DNA from: Planctomycetota bacterium
Lineage (GTDB): Bacteria; Planctomycetota; UBA1135; UBA2386
Length of the DNA: 64,000 bases
Assembly (NCBI GenBank): GCA_947501605.1
Contig: CANMWZ010000016.1
Location: 1-64,000, forward strand
Direction of reading: 5' to 3'
Part shown: in pieces, positions 8,592 through 18,205 of the stretch
Numbering within the stretch: position 1 is the first letter of the stretch
Layout of the letters: every line of letters begins with the position of its first letter
Position numbers and translations under genes: made by a program
Notes under the pieces: model-generated
Told to the model about the DNA's origin: nothing
Databases searched by the model: none
Seen by the model: the letters and a program-made list of their open reading frames with translations, nothing else

Positions 8592-10712
8592 CTACTTGAA
8601 GTTCGAGACCAAGCGCCCGAACAGCGGGTGCTTTTTCATTTCGAGGCCGACTTTCATTCCTTCCATCGGCAGCGTGGTTTCGAACACCATGCTGTCCGTG
8701 GCACCCGCCGGCACCGGCATGGTCGCCATGTAGAGACCGAGGTCGGGCAACTTGTTGGTCAGCTCGGTCAGCAGGTTGGAGTCGTTGAAGCGCACGAACT
8801 TGCCGATCGCCTTGGTGCCCTTGCCGTCCTCGGAGCGTGCCGAGAACACCTCAGGTACAAGGGACATGCCGTGCAGCTCGGCGATGGCGCAGCCTGAGCT
8901 TTCGCGCAGCCAGATGCGCGAGCCGTCGATCTTCACCTTCAAGCCATCGTGCACCGGCGCAAAATCGATGGCGAACGGGGCGCCCATCTTCAGCTCCTTG
9001 ACCTTGTCCGCCTCGACGACGAATGCCGCGCTGTCGCCGCCATAGATGGTTCCGAACTGCGAGCGAGCACCCTTCCCCTCGACGATCCGGCCCCAAACCA
9101 CCGAGTATTCCCCGGCAGGCACTTCGACTTCTTTGCCGCCCGAGACCTCGAAACATGCCGACTTGAAGTCCCCGCGCCCACAGATGACGAGTTGATCCGG
9201 AGCGGTTGGCTTCGGCCCGTTCCATACCAGCTTGACCTTGCCGGTCTTCACGTACTCAGGATTCAGAGGGCGCGCACCGACCTTGTCTTCGCCAATGCGC
9301 CGCACGTACTGCCACGTGCCACCCAGCTTGACGAACTCAGAGTACGGAACGCGTGGACCCTTGCCGATGCGCATCGAATCGAGCAACGGCGCCTTCGCTC
9401 GAACATCGTCCTTGGCGAATCCGATCGTCGCCATCTTGAACTCACCCTCGAACGGGTTGCCATCGAGTGGCCGCCCGTTGGCGTTGTCGTCGTAAAACGT
9501 GACCTGCTCTCCCTGCACTTCGGCAGTCCAACTGGACGCGCTGCGGTAGTAAATCGGGGTGTTCTGCGGGGCCGGAGCGAGGTTGACCTCACATTCACCG
9601 AGTCGCTCGCGGTCGCTTCCCTGCCAGAAGAACATCGCGTAGGGCACCTTCTTGTCCGGATCGAGGTGGAAAGTCACAGGCTTCGCCTTGGCACTCGGTT
9701 CGATCGTCTCGTAACGGCTCGGGTCGCTCGGCGATGTCGTGATGGAGAACTTAGCTGGGGCGGTGCGAACGATGGTCAGATCCAGCCGACGGAACCACGC
9801 CAGCTTCGTCTCTTTGGCGTCGGTCCCGAATGCCACGTACCACCAGAATGGCGGAGCGATGCCACCGCGCTGCGAGTAGTCAGGCTCCTCTTCCCAAGCC
9901 GCCAACATCGAGAACTGCAGCGGCGTCTCTTTTTCCGCGACGCCCGCCATGACCATCGCGTCGATGCCCTTGGCACCCTCGCTGTAGCCCTCGTCCTTGC
10001 GCTTCTCGGTTTCCTTCTTCTTGACCTCCAGCTCGTCCTTCTGCGCCTTCAGCAGGTTCTTGATCTGCACGTAGTAGAGGTCCTTGTAGTTCCAGGAATC
10101 GCGCAGCGACACGAACTGCTCCAGCGCGAGCACACGCTCCTCACGATCTTGGATCGACTTCTCCGGAATCTTCTCGAGACAGAGCGCGACGTAGTACCAG
10201 GCATCGGAGGCCTCGGCCTTGTTGCCCGTGCTCTCCATGATCTTGGCTGCCTCGGTCAGCACCTCGCGCGCCTTCACGAACGGCTCACGCACAGTGTTGT
10301 CCTTGCCCGTCGTCTCGACGTAGAACGCATAGGCCTTGCGCACGTTGGACTGAGCCTTCGTGAATTGCGACCAGGAGGTGTTGTCGAGACCCTCGACCCA
10401 TCGTTCGAGTTTGTCGAGGGTGTCGGCGCCGTCGTAGCAGCGCTTCCAGGACGTGTTGATCGCGGTCGTCGTGGCTGCCAACGCCTGCTTGCCGCCCTTC
10501 TGCTCGAGCCGCAAGTTCATGAAGTGACTGACCACCGCGGAGGCCATCGTCGGCGACGACTTGATGAGCTTGTCGAGGCCCTTCTCGTCGTTGAGTTCGA
10601 TCAGCTTCTTGCTGTCGGTCGCAAACTTGGCGATCTCGGCGGCAGACTGCGCCGGAACGGCTGCCAGCGCGAACAGCGCAGCGCAGCACACGTGCAGGAT
10701 GGTGCGGAACAT
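8592..10712 (-). CDS. Hypothetical secreted protein (706 aa)
   Basis: Long ORF with coding-like codon bias and a signal peptide ending AVPAQ; helical N-terminal half and beta-rich C-terminal half. Confidence 0.8.
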   Translation of the reverse strand: MFRTILHVCCAALFALAAVPAQSAAEIAKFATDSKKLIELNDEKGLDKLIKSSPTMASAVVSHFMNLRLEQKGGKQALAATTTAINTSWKRCYDGADTLDKLERWVEGLDNTSWSQFTKAQSNVRKAYAFYVETTGKDNTVREPFVKAREVLTEAAKIMESTGNKAEASDAWYYVALCLEKIPEKSIQDREERVLALEQFVSLRDSWNYKDLYYVQIKNLLKAQKDELEVKKKETEKRKDEGYSEGAKGIDAMVMAGVAEKETPLQFSMLAAWEEEPDYSQRGGIAPPFWWYVAFGTDAKETKLAWFRRLDLTIVRTAPAKFSITTSPSDPSRYETIEPSAKAKPVTFHLDPDKKVPYAMFFWQGSDRERLGECEVNLAPAPQNTPIYYRSASSWTAEVQGEQVTFYDDNANGRPLDGNPFEGEFKMATIGFAKDDVRAKAPLLDSMRIGKGPRVPYSEFVKLGGTWQYVRRIGEDKVGARPLNPEYVKTGKVKLVWNGPKPTAPDQLVICGRGDFKSACFEVSGGKEVEVPAGEYSVVWGRIVEGKGARSQFGTIYGGDSAAFVVEADKVKELKMGAPFAIDFAPVHDGLKVKIDGSRIWLRESSGCAIAELHGMSLVPEVFSARSEDGKGTKAIGKFVRFNDSNLLTELTNKLPDLGLYMATMPVPAGATDSMVFETTLPMEGMKVGLEMKKHPLFGRLVSNFK

Positions 10713-10778
10713 CGGTTTATGGACAGCTGAGCCGTCAGCTCCGAAACTCTACCGATCGAACGTCCCCGATGCGCGCCG

Positions 10779-11648
10779 CTACTTCTTGCGGGCACGCTCG
10801 CTGGCGCGCTCGAGCGTCTTCCGCTCTGCCCCAGTAAGGGACGGCAACCCTGTGGCCCGGATCTTCGCGAGGATTCGATCGAGTTCCTGCTGCGTGGAGG
10901 CCTCCCCCTGCTGCGCCCGAGCAGCGCGGCTGGCAGCCCACTTCTGCCGCATCCCTACGAACAGGCCCGGGCGGTACGAGTACGAAGCGTAGTCCCGAAG
11001 CCAGCCACGTCGGTAGGCAAGGAACCCAAACGCGGCCCCGCCGAGGTGGGCACTGTTGGCCACCCCGCCCCTCGAACCGCGCACGATCTCGACGTACTGC
11101 TCGTAGGCGCCGACGAACACGAGGATGCCCGCCAATAGCCCGAGCGGCACCGGCACCAGGATGACGATCACACGCATGCGCGGCGCCATGCAGGCGGCAT
11201 ACACCAAGAACGAGTAGCAGGCACCGCTCGCACCGACCAGGGGCACATCGGCGTAACCAAGCGTCAACGCGAAGGCCAGGTAGAGGAGCGCGCCGACTGC
11301 GCCGCCAGCAAGATAGAGCCGAAACGTGCCCCGGTAGCCGAGCGCGCCCTCCGCCATGGTCCCGAAGAAGTAGAGCGTCAGACTGTTCCACAGCAGGTGA
11401 AACGGGTCTTGGAAGGAGTGCACGAACTGGTAGCTCAGCAATCGCACCGCGCCGAGGCCGTAGCCTTCGAGGGCCTTTGCCCACGAGAACGCCAGCCACG
11501 CGCCCTCACCGTTGCCGGTCGGTTCGCTGAGGCGCCCGGCGAGCAACGCGTTGAGCACGAATACTCCGACATTGACCAGCAGCAACCGCTTGATCGCGGG
11601 AGTCAACTCCGGGAAATGAAAGCTCGGGGCCTCGCTGCCGTACGTCAT
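10779..11648 (-). CDS. Rhomboid family intramembrane serine protease
   Basis: HLLWNS, GASG and SAHLGG motifs, several TM segments, C-terminal ELDRILAKI..GLPSLT.AE tail. Start 11648 chosen to leave room for divergent folD. Confidence 0.9.
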   Translation of the reverse strand: MTYGSEAPSFHFPELTPAIKRLLLVNVGVFVLNALLAGRLSEPTGNGEGAWLAFSWAKALEGYGLGAVRLLSYQFVHSFQDPFHLLWNSLTLYFFGTMAEGALGYRGTFRLYLAGGAVGALLYLAFALTLGYADVPLVGASGACYSFLVYAACMAPRMRVIVILVPVPLGLLAGILVFVGAYEQYVEIVRGSRGGVANSAHLGGAAFGFLAYRRGWLRDYASYSYRPGLFVGMRQKWAASRAARAQQGEASTQQELDRILAKIRATGLPSLTGAERKTLERASERARKK

Positions 11649-11716
11649 GGGTACCTTTGAAGCGGAACTGCCGCCGGTATCGTTTTCGGCGAAACCCACT
11701 CCTCATCGCAAGCCTC

Positions 11717-12559
11717 GTGTCAGCCCAACTCATCGACGGCAAGGCCATCGCTGCCCGGATGCGCGCTCGTCTCGCAGAAGCGCGCCAGACTCTCGGCGAT
11801 CGCCACGTGCGCCTCGTCTCGCTGCAGGTCGGCCAGAATCCGGCAGCTGCGGTCTACGTGCGCAATCAACAGCGTGCCGCGACCGAGGTGGGCATCCTCA
11901 TGGAAGTCGTCGACCTACCGAAGGGCACCACACAGGACCAGGTTGTTGCGGAGATCCTGCAGCACTCCCGACGAGCAGACGTCGCCGGCATCATCGTGCA
12001 GCGCCCCTTGCCGCCAACGATCGACGCGCGCTCGGTGCAGATGGCGATCGACCCACGCCTCGACGTCGAGGGCATGCACCCGGCAAACATGGGGGCGATC
12101 CTCTATCGCGAACCCATGTTCCCGCCGTGCACGGCGGCGGCGGCCGAACACCTCATCCTCGCTACGGGCATCGACCTTCGCGGCGCCGAGACGGTAGTCG
12201 TCGGCCACAGCGAGATCGTCGGCAAGCCGATCGCGATCCTGTTGCTGCACCGGCTGTCGACGGTGACAGTGTGCCACGTCGGAACCCGCAATCTCGGTGA
12301 CCACACCCGGCAAGCGGACATCCTCGTCGTCGCCGTCGGCAAACCCGGCTTGGTGCGCGGCGACATGGTCAAGCCCGGCGCAGTCGTCATCGACATCGGC
12401 ATCAACCAGCTCGTCGATGGTTCGCTGGTCGGCGATTGCGAGCACAGTTCGGTCGCAGCCGTTGCCGGCCACTTGACGCCTGTGCCAGGCGGCGTCGGTC
12501 CGGTCACGGTCGCCATGCTGTTGCGCAACACGCTGCGCGCCGCCGGCGCCGACATCTGA
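11717..12559 (+). CDS. folD: Methylenetetrahydrofolate dehydrogenase, FolD family (atypical active-site residues)
   Basis: LIDGKAIA, GIIVQRPLP, PCT, VKPGAVVIDIGIN and TPVPGGVGPVTVAML motifs. Confidence 0.92.
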   Translation: MSAQLIDGKAIAARMRARLAEARQTLGDRHVRLVSLQVGQNPAAAVYVRNQQRAATEVGILMEVVDLPKGTTQDQVVAEILQHSRRADVAGIIVQRPLPPTIDARSVQMAIDPRLDVEGMHPANMGAILYREPMFPPCTAAAAEHLILATGIDLRGAETVVVGHSEIVGKPIAILLLHRLSTVTVCHVGTRNLGDHTRQADILVVAVGKPGLVRGDMVKPGAVVIDIGINQLVDGSLVGDCEHSSVAAVAGHLTPVPGGVGPVTVAMLLRNTLRAAGADI

Positions 12560-13061
12560 GCGTGCACGCAACGCGGCGACACAGGACGTCGGCGCGGCAT
12601 TCGCAGACGGCACTGCGCCGGCCTCGCCGAGAGCGCCGCGACGACCCCGCTTGGGAGTGCCGGGGCCATGGCACAACCTCGGTGGCGACCGATGACATGG
12701 CTGGAAGTGGGCCGCGGCCAGAGCGAGCGCTCGGCAAGGCGACGGCAAGGACCTCGCCCCGCTGCGGCATAGAGCCAGGACATCGGCGCACGACCTGCTC
12801 GGGCACCATGCGCAGGGCCTCCGCGCCAGGGGACCAGGGCTCGGCATGTTCTGCAGCGGGTTCTGGTGCGTGCAGGGAACCGAATGCGACTTTTCGACCC
12901 CGACCCGGACCCCTGTGGGGGGGAGCAGGTCGCAGAGAGGCGAAGCCCAAGGTCATCGCCACCCTTCGCGCGCGCCTCGCCGCCTTTGCGTCAAGATCCA
13001 GCGCGCTGCTGGCCACCCCTCAAGGACGGTCGAACGCTGCCAGGGCCTGCTGCGCGATGGC

Positions 13062-15056
13062 TCAGGACGCTGCGGTAGAGCTGCGGATCGACGGGGCTAC
13101 GGCCGCCACGCGCGAGCGCTGCCACAGCACGCCGACGAACCCGAGGGCCGCCAATCCAGTCTGCACGTAGTAGTAGTTGAACAGCGCGACCTTGGTGGCG
13201 CTCGAGAACCCGTAGGCGTGCAGACCGATGCCGAGCAAGTTGACGTGGAACCACGAGAAGGCGACCACAATGCCGATCATCGCCGCGCCAAGACAGAACC
13301 CGAGGTCGCGCACGAGTCCACTCATCCGCGCGTGCAGCAGTGCCACCTGTGCGATGCAGATGAGCAACGCGCCGTTCTCCTTCGGATCCCAACCCCAGAA
13401 CCGACCCCAACTGTCGTTCGCCCACACGCCACCGTAGATGGTGCCGAACACGGCGAAAATCAGTCCAAAGGCCGTGACGCCGTAGGTCGCGCGAACAACG
13501 CCCTTGTGGAACACCGCGTCATCGCGGCGAAACCCGACTGCATTGAGCCACAGCCACGCCGTGCCCAGGAACGATGCAAACATCCCTGCCGCGTAACCCA
13601 TGTTGATCGAGGTCACATGGGTTGCCAGATAGTAGTTCGTATCAAGGACGGCCTGCAGCGGGGCCATTTGGTCCTCTCCACTCTCGACCTCGAACGCTCG
13701 CGCCAGCGCCACCAGTAGCGCACCGAACAACGGCGCCAGGGAGATGGCGACGCGACGGCGTGTAATGACCTCAGTGACGATGGCTGCCAGCACGCCAATC
13801 GACGCGATGAACAAGAAGGTGTCGTACAGATTCAGGATCGGTGGCCGGCCGCGGACCACGCAGCGCAGCACCACATCGGCAATGAGCATGCACAGAGGTA
13901 CGGACGTCGCGACGAGCCCGGTGAGCCAAAGCCACTTGGATCGTGGGGAGAGCCACCCGAGGGCAACCACCATGATCGCGATCACGAAGTAGTGCAGCGC
14001 CTGGTAGTGCCAACTGGCGGCAAGGTAGTAGTTCTCCAGTTCGACCTTGGCGTACTCGCCGCGCATCGTCGCACTCGCGACGACTGCATTGCGAAACGAT
14101 CGCAGCGCCGCACTGCGCGCCTGCGGCTCCTCCGCTGAGATCGCAGCCTGCAGCATCGACAGGACCTCTAGTTGCTGCGCATCCTGCTTGCCTCTCAGGA
14201 CCCCCTCGACCAACGCGGGCAGCGTCGCCCACGTTGGAGCATCGGCTTTTCCAGCACTCGGTGGGAACAGACCGAGCGTGCTGCGCCGCTGCGCCACCTC
14301 GGTCAGGACGCTGGCGAGCAGCATCGAGTTGCCGAGGGCCGGATCGCTGGTGTTGTTGCGATACTGGCGGACAATCTGCGCGAGTTGACCGCCGTGGCGG
14401 ACGACCTCGGCGAAGTCGGTGGTTGTCTTGCCTGCGAAGGCCCTGTTCGGTAGTTCGCCCTGCACGTCAAACGGGGCGTGCATCTGCGACAGCATCGTGA
14501 ACAAGCCGCCGTAGGCATCAACACCGATGTTGGTGCGGATGATGTGGGCCTCGACCGGCGCCTGCATCTCCGGCTTCTTCTTGCTGTAGTTGCCCGCCAG
14601 TTCCCAAAGCGTGTCGACCGGCTGCACACCATCCGGGGTCGCCTGCACGAGTTGGCGGTAGGTCACATACTCGAAGTCGAAACGCTGCCCCGCGTCGTGG
14701 GCCACCCCGATCGCGTCGAGGACATCGACATTCTCGATGCGGAACAATGGGAAGTCGGCGGCCGCATCGGGCTGGAACCAGACCGCCATCAGCCACTCGG
14801 TTGGCGTCAGAGTGATATCGCTCTTCTTGTCCCCGTCGGTGTCCAGCTTCATGTCGCGCCGCCCGTGCACTAGATAGAGCATGTGGGCGGCGTAGGAGGA
14901 CAGCGGCTTGATCCGTCCACCCTCCTGCACCGGCAGCGTCGCCATCGAAGCCAGAGTCTCTGGATCCCATCGCTGGACCGGCAACGGCATGCGACTCTGC
15001 GCTGGCAGCGAGCATGCGGCGAGGGCGAACAAGAACAACGCGAGCGGCGTTCGCAT
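13062..15056 (-). CDS. ccsA: Cytochrome c biogenesis protein CcsA/ResC (system II)
   Basis: WWD domain GGVWANDSWGRFWGWDPKENGA, conserved His in ATHV and LHAYG, N-terminal LPVQEGGRIKPL periplasmic domain. Confidence 0.92.
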   Translation of the reverse strand: MRTPLALFLFALAACSLPAQSRMPLPVQRWDPETLASMATLPVQEGGRIKPLSSYAAHMLYLVHGRRDMKLDTDGDKKSDITLTPTEWLMAVWFQPDAAADFPLFRIENVDVLDAIGVAHDAGQRFDFEYVTYRQLVQATPDGVQPVDTLWELAGNYSKKKPEMQAPVEAHIIRTNIGVDAYGGLFTMLSQMHAPFDVQGELPNRAFAGKTTTDFAEVVRHGGQLAQIVRQYRNNTSDPALGNSMLLASVLTEVAQRRSTLGLFPPSAGKADAPTWATLPALVEGVLRGKQDAQQLEVLSMLQAAISAEEPQARSAALRSFRNAVVASATMRGEYAKVELENYYLAASWHYQALHYFVIAIMVVALGWLSPRSKWLWLTGLVATSVPLCMLIADVVLRCVVRGRPPILNLYDTFLFIASIGVLAAIVTEVITRRRVAISLAPLFGALLVALARAFEVESGEDQMAPLQAVLDTNYYLATHVTSINMGYAAGMFASFLGTAWLWLNAVGFRRDDAVFHKGVVRATYGVTAFGLIFAVFGTIYGGVWANDSWGRFWGWDPKENGALLICIAQVALLHARMSGLVRDLGFCLGAAMIGIVVAFSWFHVNLLGIGLHAYGFSSATKVALFNYYYVQTGLAALGFVGVLWQRSRVAAVAPSIRSSTAAS

Positions 15057-16378
15057 CAGACAATCTCCGCGGCCTTCGCCGAGTGCGAGCTTGATCCGAG
15101 ATAGCGGGTCAGCTTCTGGACGAAGTGAAAAACGAGCCCGAACAGGATCACGTAGGACGCCCACTTGGGCCAATCGTCGGACGGGTTGCTGGCGACCTCG
15201 AACACCGAATAGAACGGCGGGCCGCGCATGCCACTCTCCGGGTTCGGCCCCCAACTGGTTTGGAAGAGCACGTGTCCCTCCCGGCGCAGCGGGTGGTTCA
15301 TGTAGATCTCGACACGCTGTTCGCTGTTGTCGTCGAGCACCGAAACCGTGCTGCGGAAGTCGGCGGGAGTCATGGTTCCTGGATGGTCCGTCTTCTGGAA
15401 CTTCTCGAGCCGCACGGCAAACGGCAGATCCCAGGTCACCCGGCGCAGGTCGAGCCCCCAGGTCTGACCACCGCTCTGAAACGTGAATGGCGCGCGGCGT
15501 TCTTCGAACGGCCGCATATCCGCGCCCCACAACACGGCGCGAGACTCTTGACCGGTTGCGCGGTCCTTGACGCTGGCGTAACAGCCGGCTTGGTTCTGTT
15601 CGCGCTCCTTGGCGAGTTCGCGCGGTCGCAAGTAGACGGCAGCGCCACTCGGATCGGTCACAACCGGGGTTGGCGCGTCAAACATCGGGCCCTTTTGCTC
15701 CGGTGCGCAGTTCTCGTACCAGTGGTCGATGACGAGCACGAACGGCAGCTTCGAATCGTCGATGGTGACCGCGCCATCAGCAGCGCGAGCAAGCTCGTCG
15801 GCAGGCATCGTGCGTTCGACCAGATCCGTGCCATCCTGCCGCAGCAGCGCGAGCTCGAAGTCATGAAAGCTGACCATCGTGCTGGTCTGCGCCCCTTCGT
15901 ACAACGCAACATGGCCAGCGTACGAGTAGTGCAGCTTGACGAAACCGGCAACCAGCAGCAGAGCCATGCCCAGGTGTGTGACGAGGATGCCAAAGTTGCG
16001 CCACCTCCACTTGAGCCGAGCAACGCCGCCGACCATCAGATTGGCGAACAGCAAGAGCATCAGCAGGTAGCCACCGGGCAGCGGGATCCGCAGCTTGAGG
16101 CCTTCGAGATACTCGAGACCAAGGCCATGAAGTTCGATGCCGGTGTCGTGCCTGACCAAGAACGACTCGAAGTAGTCGCGCTGCACCAAGAAGAGGCCGA
16201 GTGTCTTCTGGGCCAACGTGCCGACGAACGTCAGCAGCCCGAAGAACAACAAGATCACCACGGTCAGCTTCATCGACGCCAACAACCCCACGACCCGCAG
16301 CAGCGGATTGCGCGGCGACTTGCTGGGCACAGGCGAAGGCGCGTAGCTCGGCGCCGACGGCGTGACGATGGCGGTCAT
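15056..16378 (-). CDS. ccsB: Cytochrome c biogenesis protein CcsB/ResB
   Basis: LASMKLTV..L...GTL.Q, THLG, LPF.VRLEKF and IYMNHPL...G..FQTSW motifs; coupled to ccsA. Confidence 0.85.
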   Translation of the reverse strand: MTAIVTPSAPSYAPSPVPSKSPRNPLLRVVGLLASMKLTVVILLFFGLLTFVGTLAQKTLGLFLVQRDYFESFLVRHDTGIELHGLGLEYLEGLKLRIPLPGGYLLMLLLFANLMVGGVARLKWRWRNFGILVTHLGMALLLVAGFVKLHYSYAGHVALYEGAQTSTMVSFHDFELALLRQDGTDLVERTMPADELARAADGAVTIDDSKLPFVLVIDHWYENCAPEQKGPMFDAPTPVVTDPSGAAVYLRPRELAKEREQNQAGCYASVKDRATGQESRAVLWGADMRPFEERRAPFTFQSGGQTWGLDLRRVTWDLPFAVRLEKFQKTDHPGTMTPADFRSTVSVLDDNSEQRVEIYMNHPLRREGHVLFQTSWGPNPESGMRGPPFYSVFEVASNPSDDWPKWASYVILFGLVFHFVQKLTRYLGSSSHSAKAAEIV

Positions 16379-18057
16379 CCGTCACTCCGCTTCAAGGTGG
16401 CACAGAACTGCAGGAAGTTCGCTCGCTCCAGTTCGACGTCGGCGGCGACGCCGAGGAACTTGCAGAACACAATTCCCTGTTCGGTCTGTCGCACCGCGAC
16501 CAGGAGTCGCATGTCGGGACGCTTCTGACCAGCCATCCCCTGGTGCTCGCCCTTCAAGTCGAGCAACACAGCCTCACCGCTGAGCATGGGGACCCTCGGC
16601 AAGGCCGCGATCCCGGCGGCATCGGGCACCGGCGCTGCGAACTCACCACACCAGACCCCTAGCATCTGCGCGATCTCCCCGCCTAGTTGCCCAACGTAGC
16701 ACTCGCCGTCCTTGCCAAATCGATGGCGCAGGAGTCGCGATCCGGTATCGCCAAGCGGCGGCCAAGTCGCCGGAATCGTCGCCGCGAACGGCGCCGCAGC
16801 AGCGTCGGCCCCACTGGGTTGCAATGGTGGCCCGCTCGTCGGCGCCGGCGACACGCCAGGCGACACTACCGGTTGCTGTGTTTCCGGCAGCGCGCTGCTG
16901 GCCTCTCGGACCGAGGCGGCAACCTCAAGGAAGTGGGCGTACTCGGCTTCGACCACAGTCTTGGGGCCTACGAGTTTCAGCGTGATCATCTCGTCGTCCG
17001 TCCCGCCAACGAGGCCAAGAAGCTGGAAGCCTGGCTTCGCTTCGCCACCCATGCCGCGGAAGTCACCGCTCACGCGCACGAGCCTAGCACTCTTGCCGAC
17101 CAGTGGATGCTGGGGCAACGCGTCGAACTCGGCCTGCGTCATCGGCTGCTGGCCGAACTGCGAGGCGATCCAGCGATTCGCATTCGCAAGCAAGCCGCCA
17201 CGAAGCCCGCCGGCAGTGAGGTAGCACTCTGCGTCACTACCAGCGATACGCCAGTTCAGTTGCCGGAACGAACTCGGCGGTTGAGTTGCCCAGCTCGTCG
17301 GCGCATTCGCGACGTAACCATCGCCGACGGTCAAGCCGGTTGCGTCCGCAGCGGGATTGTTGCCCACAGACGACGGCTTCGCGTTCGGAGCTGCCGATCC
17401 ACCTCGGTGAATCGACGCTGCCAGCGCGAGAAACCGTGCGCTCTCGGCCTCGACCAGGGCCTTCGGGCCGGTCATCTTCAACGTGACCATGTCCTCATCG
17501 CTGCCACCGACGAGACCAAGCAGTTTGTAGCCTGGCTTCGCTTCGCCACCCATTCCCGCAAACGAGCCCTCGATGCCTACGAGCGCCGCCGACTGCCCGA
17601 CCAACAGGTGCCGTGGCAGAGCATCGAACTCAGCCTGCGACATCGCCGTCTGTCCAAACTGCGTGACGACCCAGCGGTTGGCATTGGCGAGCAGGCCACC
17701 GCGCAGGTTGCCGGCGCTCAGATAGCACTCGAGGCTTGGATCGCTGGAAAGCCGGTAGTTGAGCTGGCGGAACTCGCTCGTCGGCAACACAGCCCAGCCC
17801 TGCGGCGTCTCCGCAGTGAAGGCAGTAGCTCCGCCGCCCTGACCCTGCGGCGCTGCCATGGGCGTCTTCGTGGCGGTGCCGCGCATGTCGCCAAGGCCGA
17901 ATCGACCACGCTGGTCGAGTCCGAACTCGGTCGGTCGCTGCGCATTGGTCACACGATGCTCGACGCTGAACTGCGCCGGGGATTGCTGGCGACAGGCGCC
18001 AAGAAGTCCGAGTGCGAGGAGCACGCCCGCGAGAACGCCACGGCTGGTTGGAATCAT
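16375..18057 (-). CDS. Hypothetical lipoprotein with three ~135-aa repeated domains, first gene of the ccs operon
   Basis: Lipobox LGAC. Repeats share ECY, ANANRW and TLK.(T/V)GP. ATGA overlap with ccsB. Confidence 0.8.
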   Translation of the reverse strand: MIPTSRGVLAGVLLALGLLGACRQQSPAQFSVEHRVTNAQRPTEFGLDQRGRFGLGDMRGTATKTPMAAPQGQGGGATAFTAETPQGWAVLPTSEFRQLNYRLSSDPSLECYLSAGNLRGGLLANANRWVVTQFGQTAMSQAEFDALPRHLLVGQSAALVGIEGSFAGMGGEAKPGYKLLGLVGGSDEDMVTLKMTGPKALVEAESARFLALAASIHRGGSAAPNAKPSSVGNNPAADATGLTVGDGYVANAPTSWATQPPSSFRQLNWRIAGSDAECYLTAGGLRGGLLANANRWIASQFGQQPMTQAEFDALPQHPLVGKSARLVRVSGDFRGMGGEAKPGFQLLGLVGGTDDEMITLKLVGPKTVVEAEYAHFLEVAASVREASSALPETQQPVVSPGVSPAPTSGPPLQPSGADAAAAPFAATIPATWPPLGDTGSRLLRHRFGKDGECYVGQLGGEIAQMLGVWCGEFAAPVPDAAGIAALPRVPMLSGEAVLLDLKGEHQGMAGQKRPDMRLLVAVRQTEQGIVFCKFLGVAADVELERANFLQFCATLKRSDG

Positions 18058-18205
18058 GGAGCTAGATTGCAGCACTTTCTCCTAGCCGCCGGCAGATGCC
18101 AATTGGCTAGAACTGGGCGAAGGTAAGGCCGGAGTTCTGCTGCCCGGACCACTGCAGTTCCGTCAGGGCTACTGCATTTCCGCGAGGGTCTGACGCCCTC
18201 TTCTG

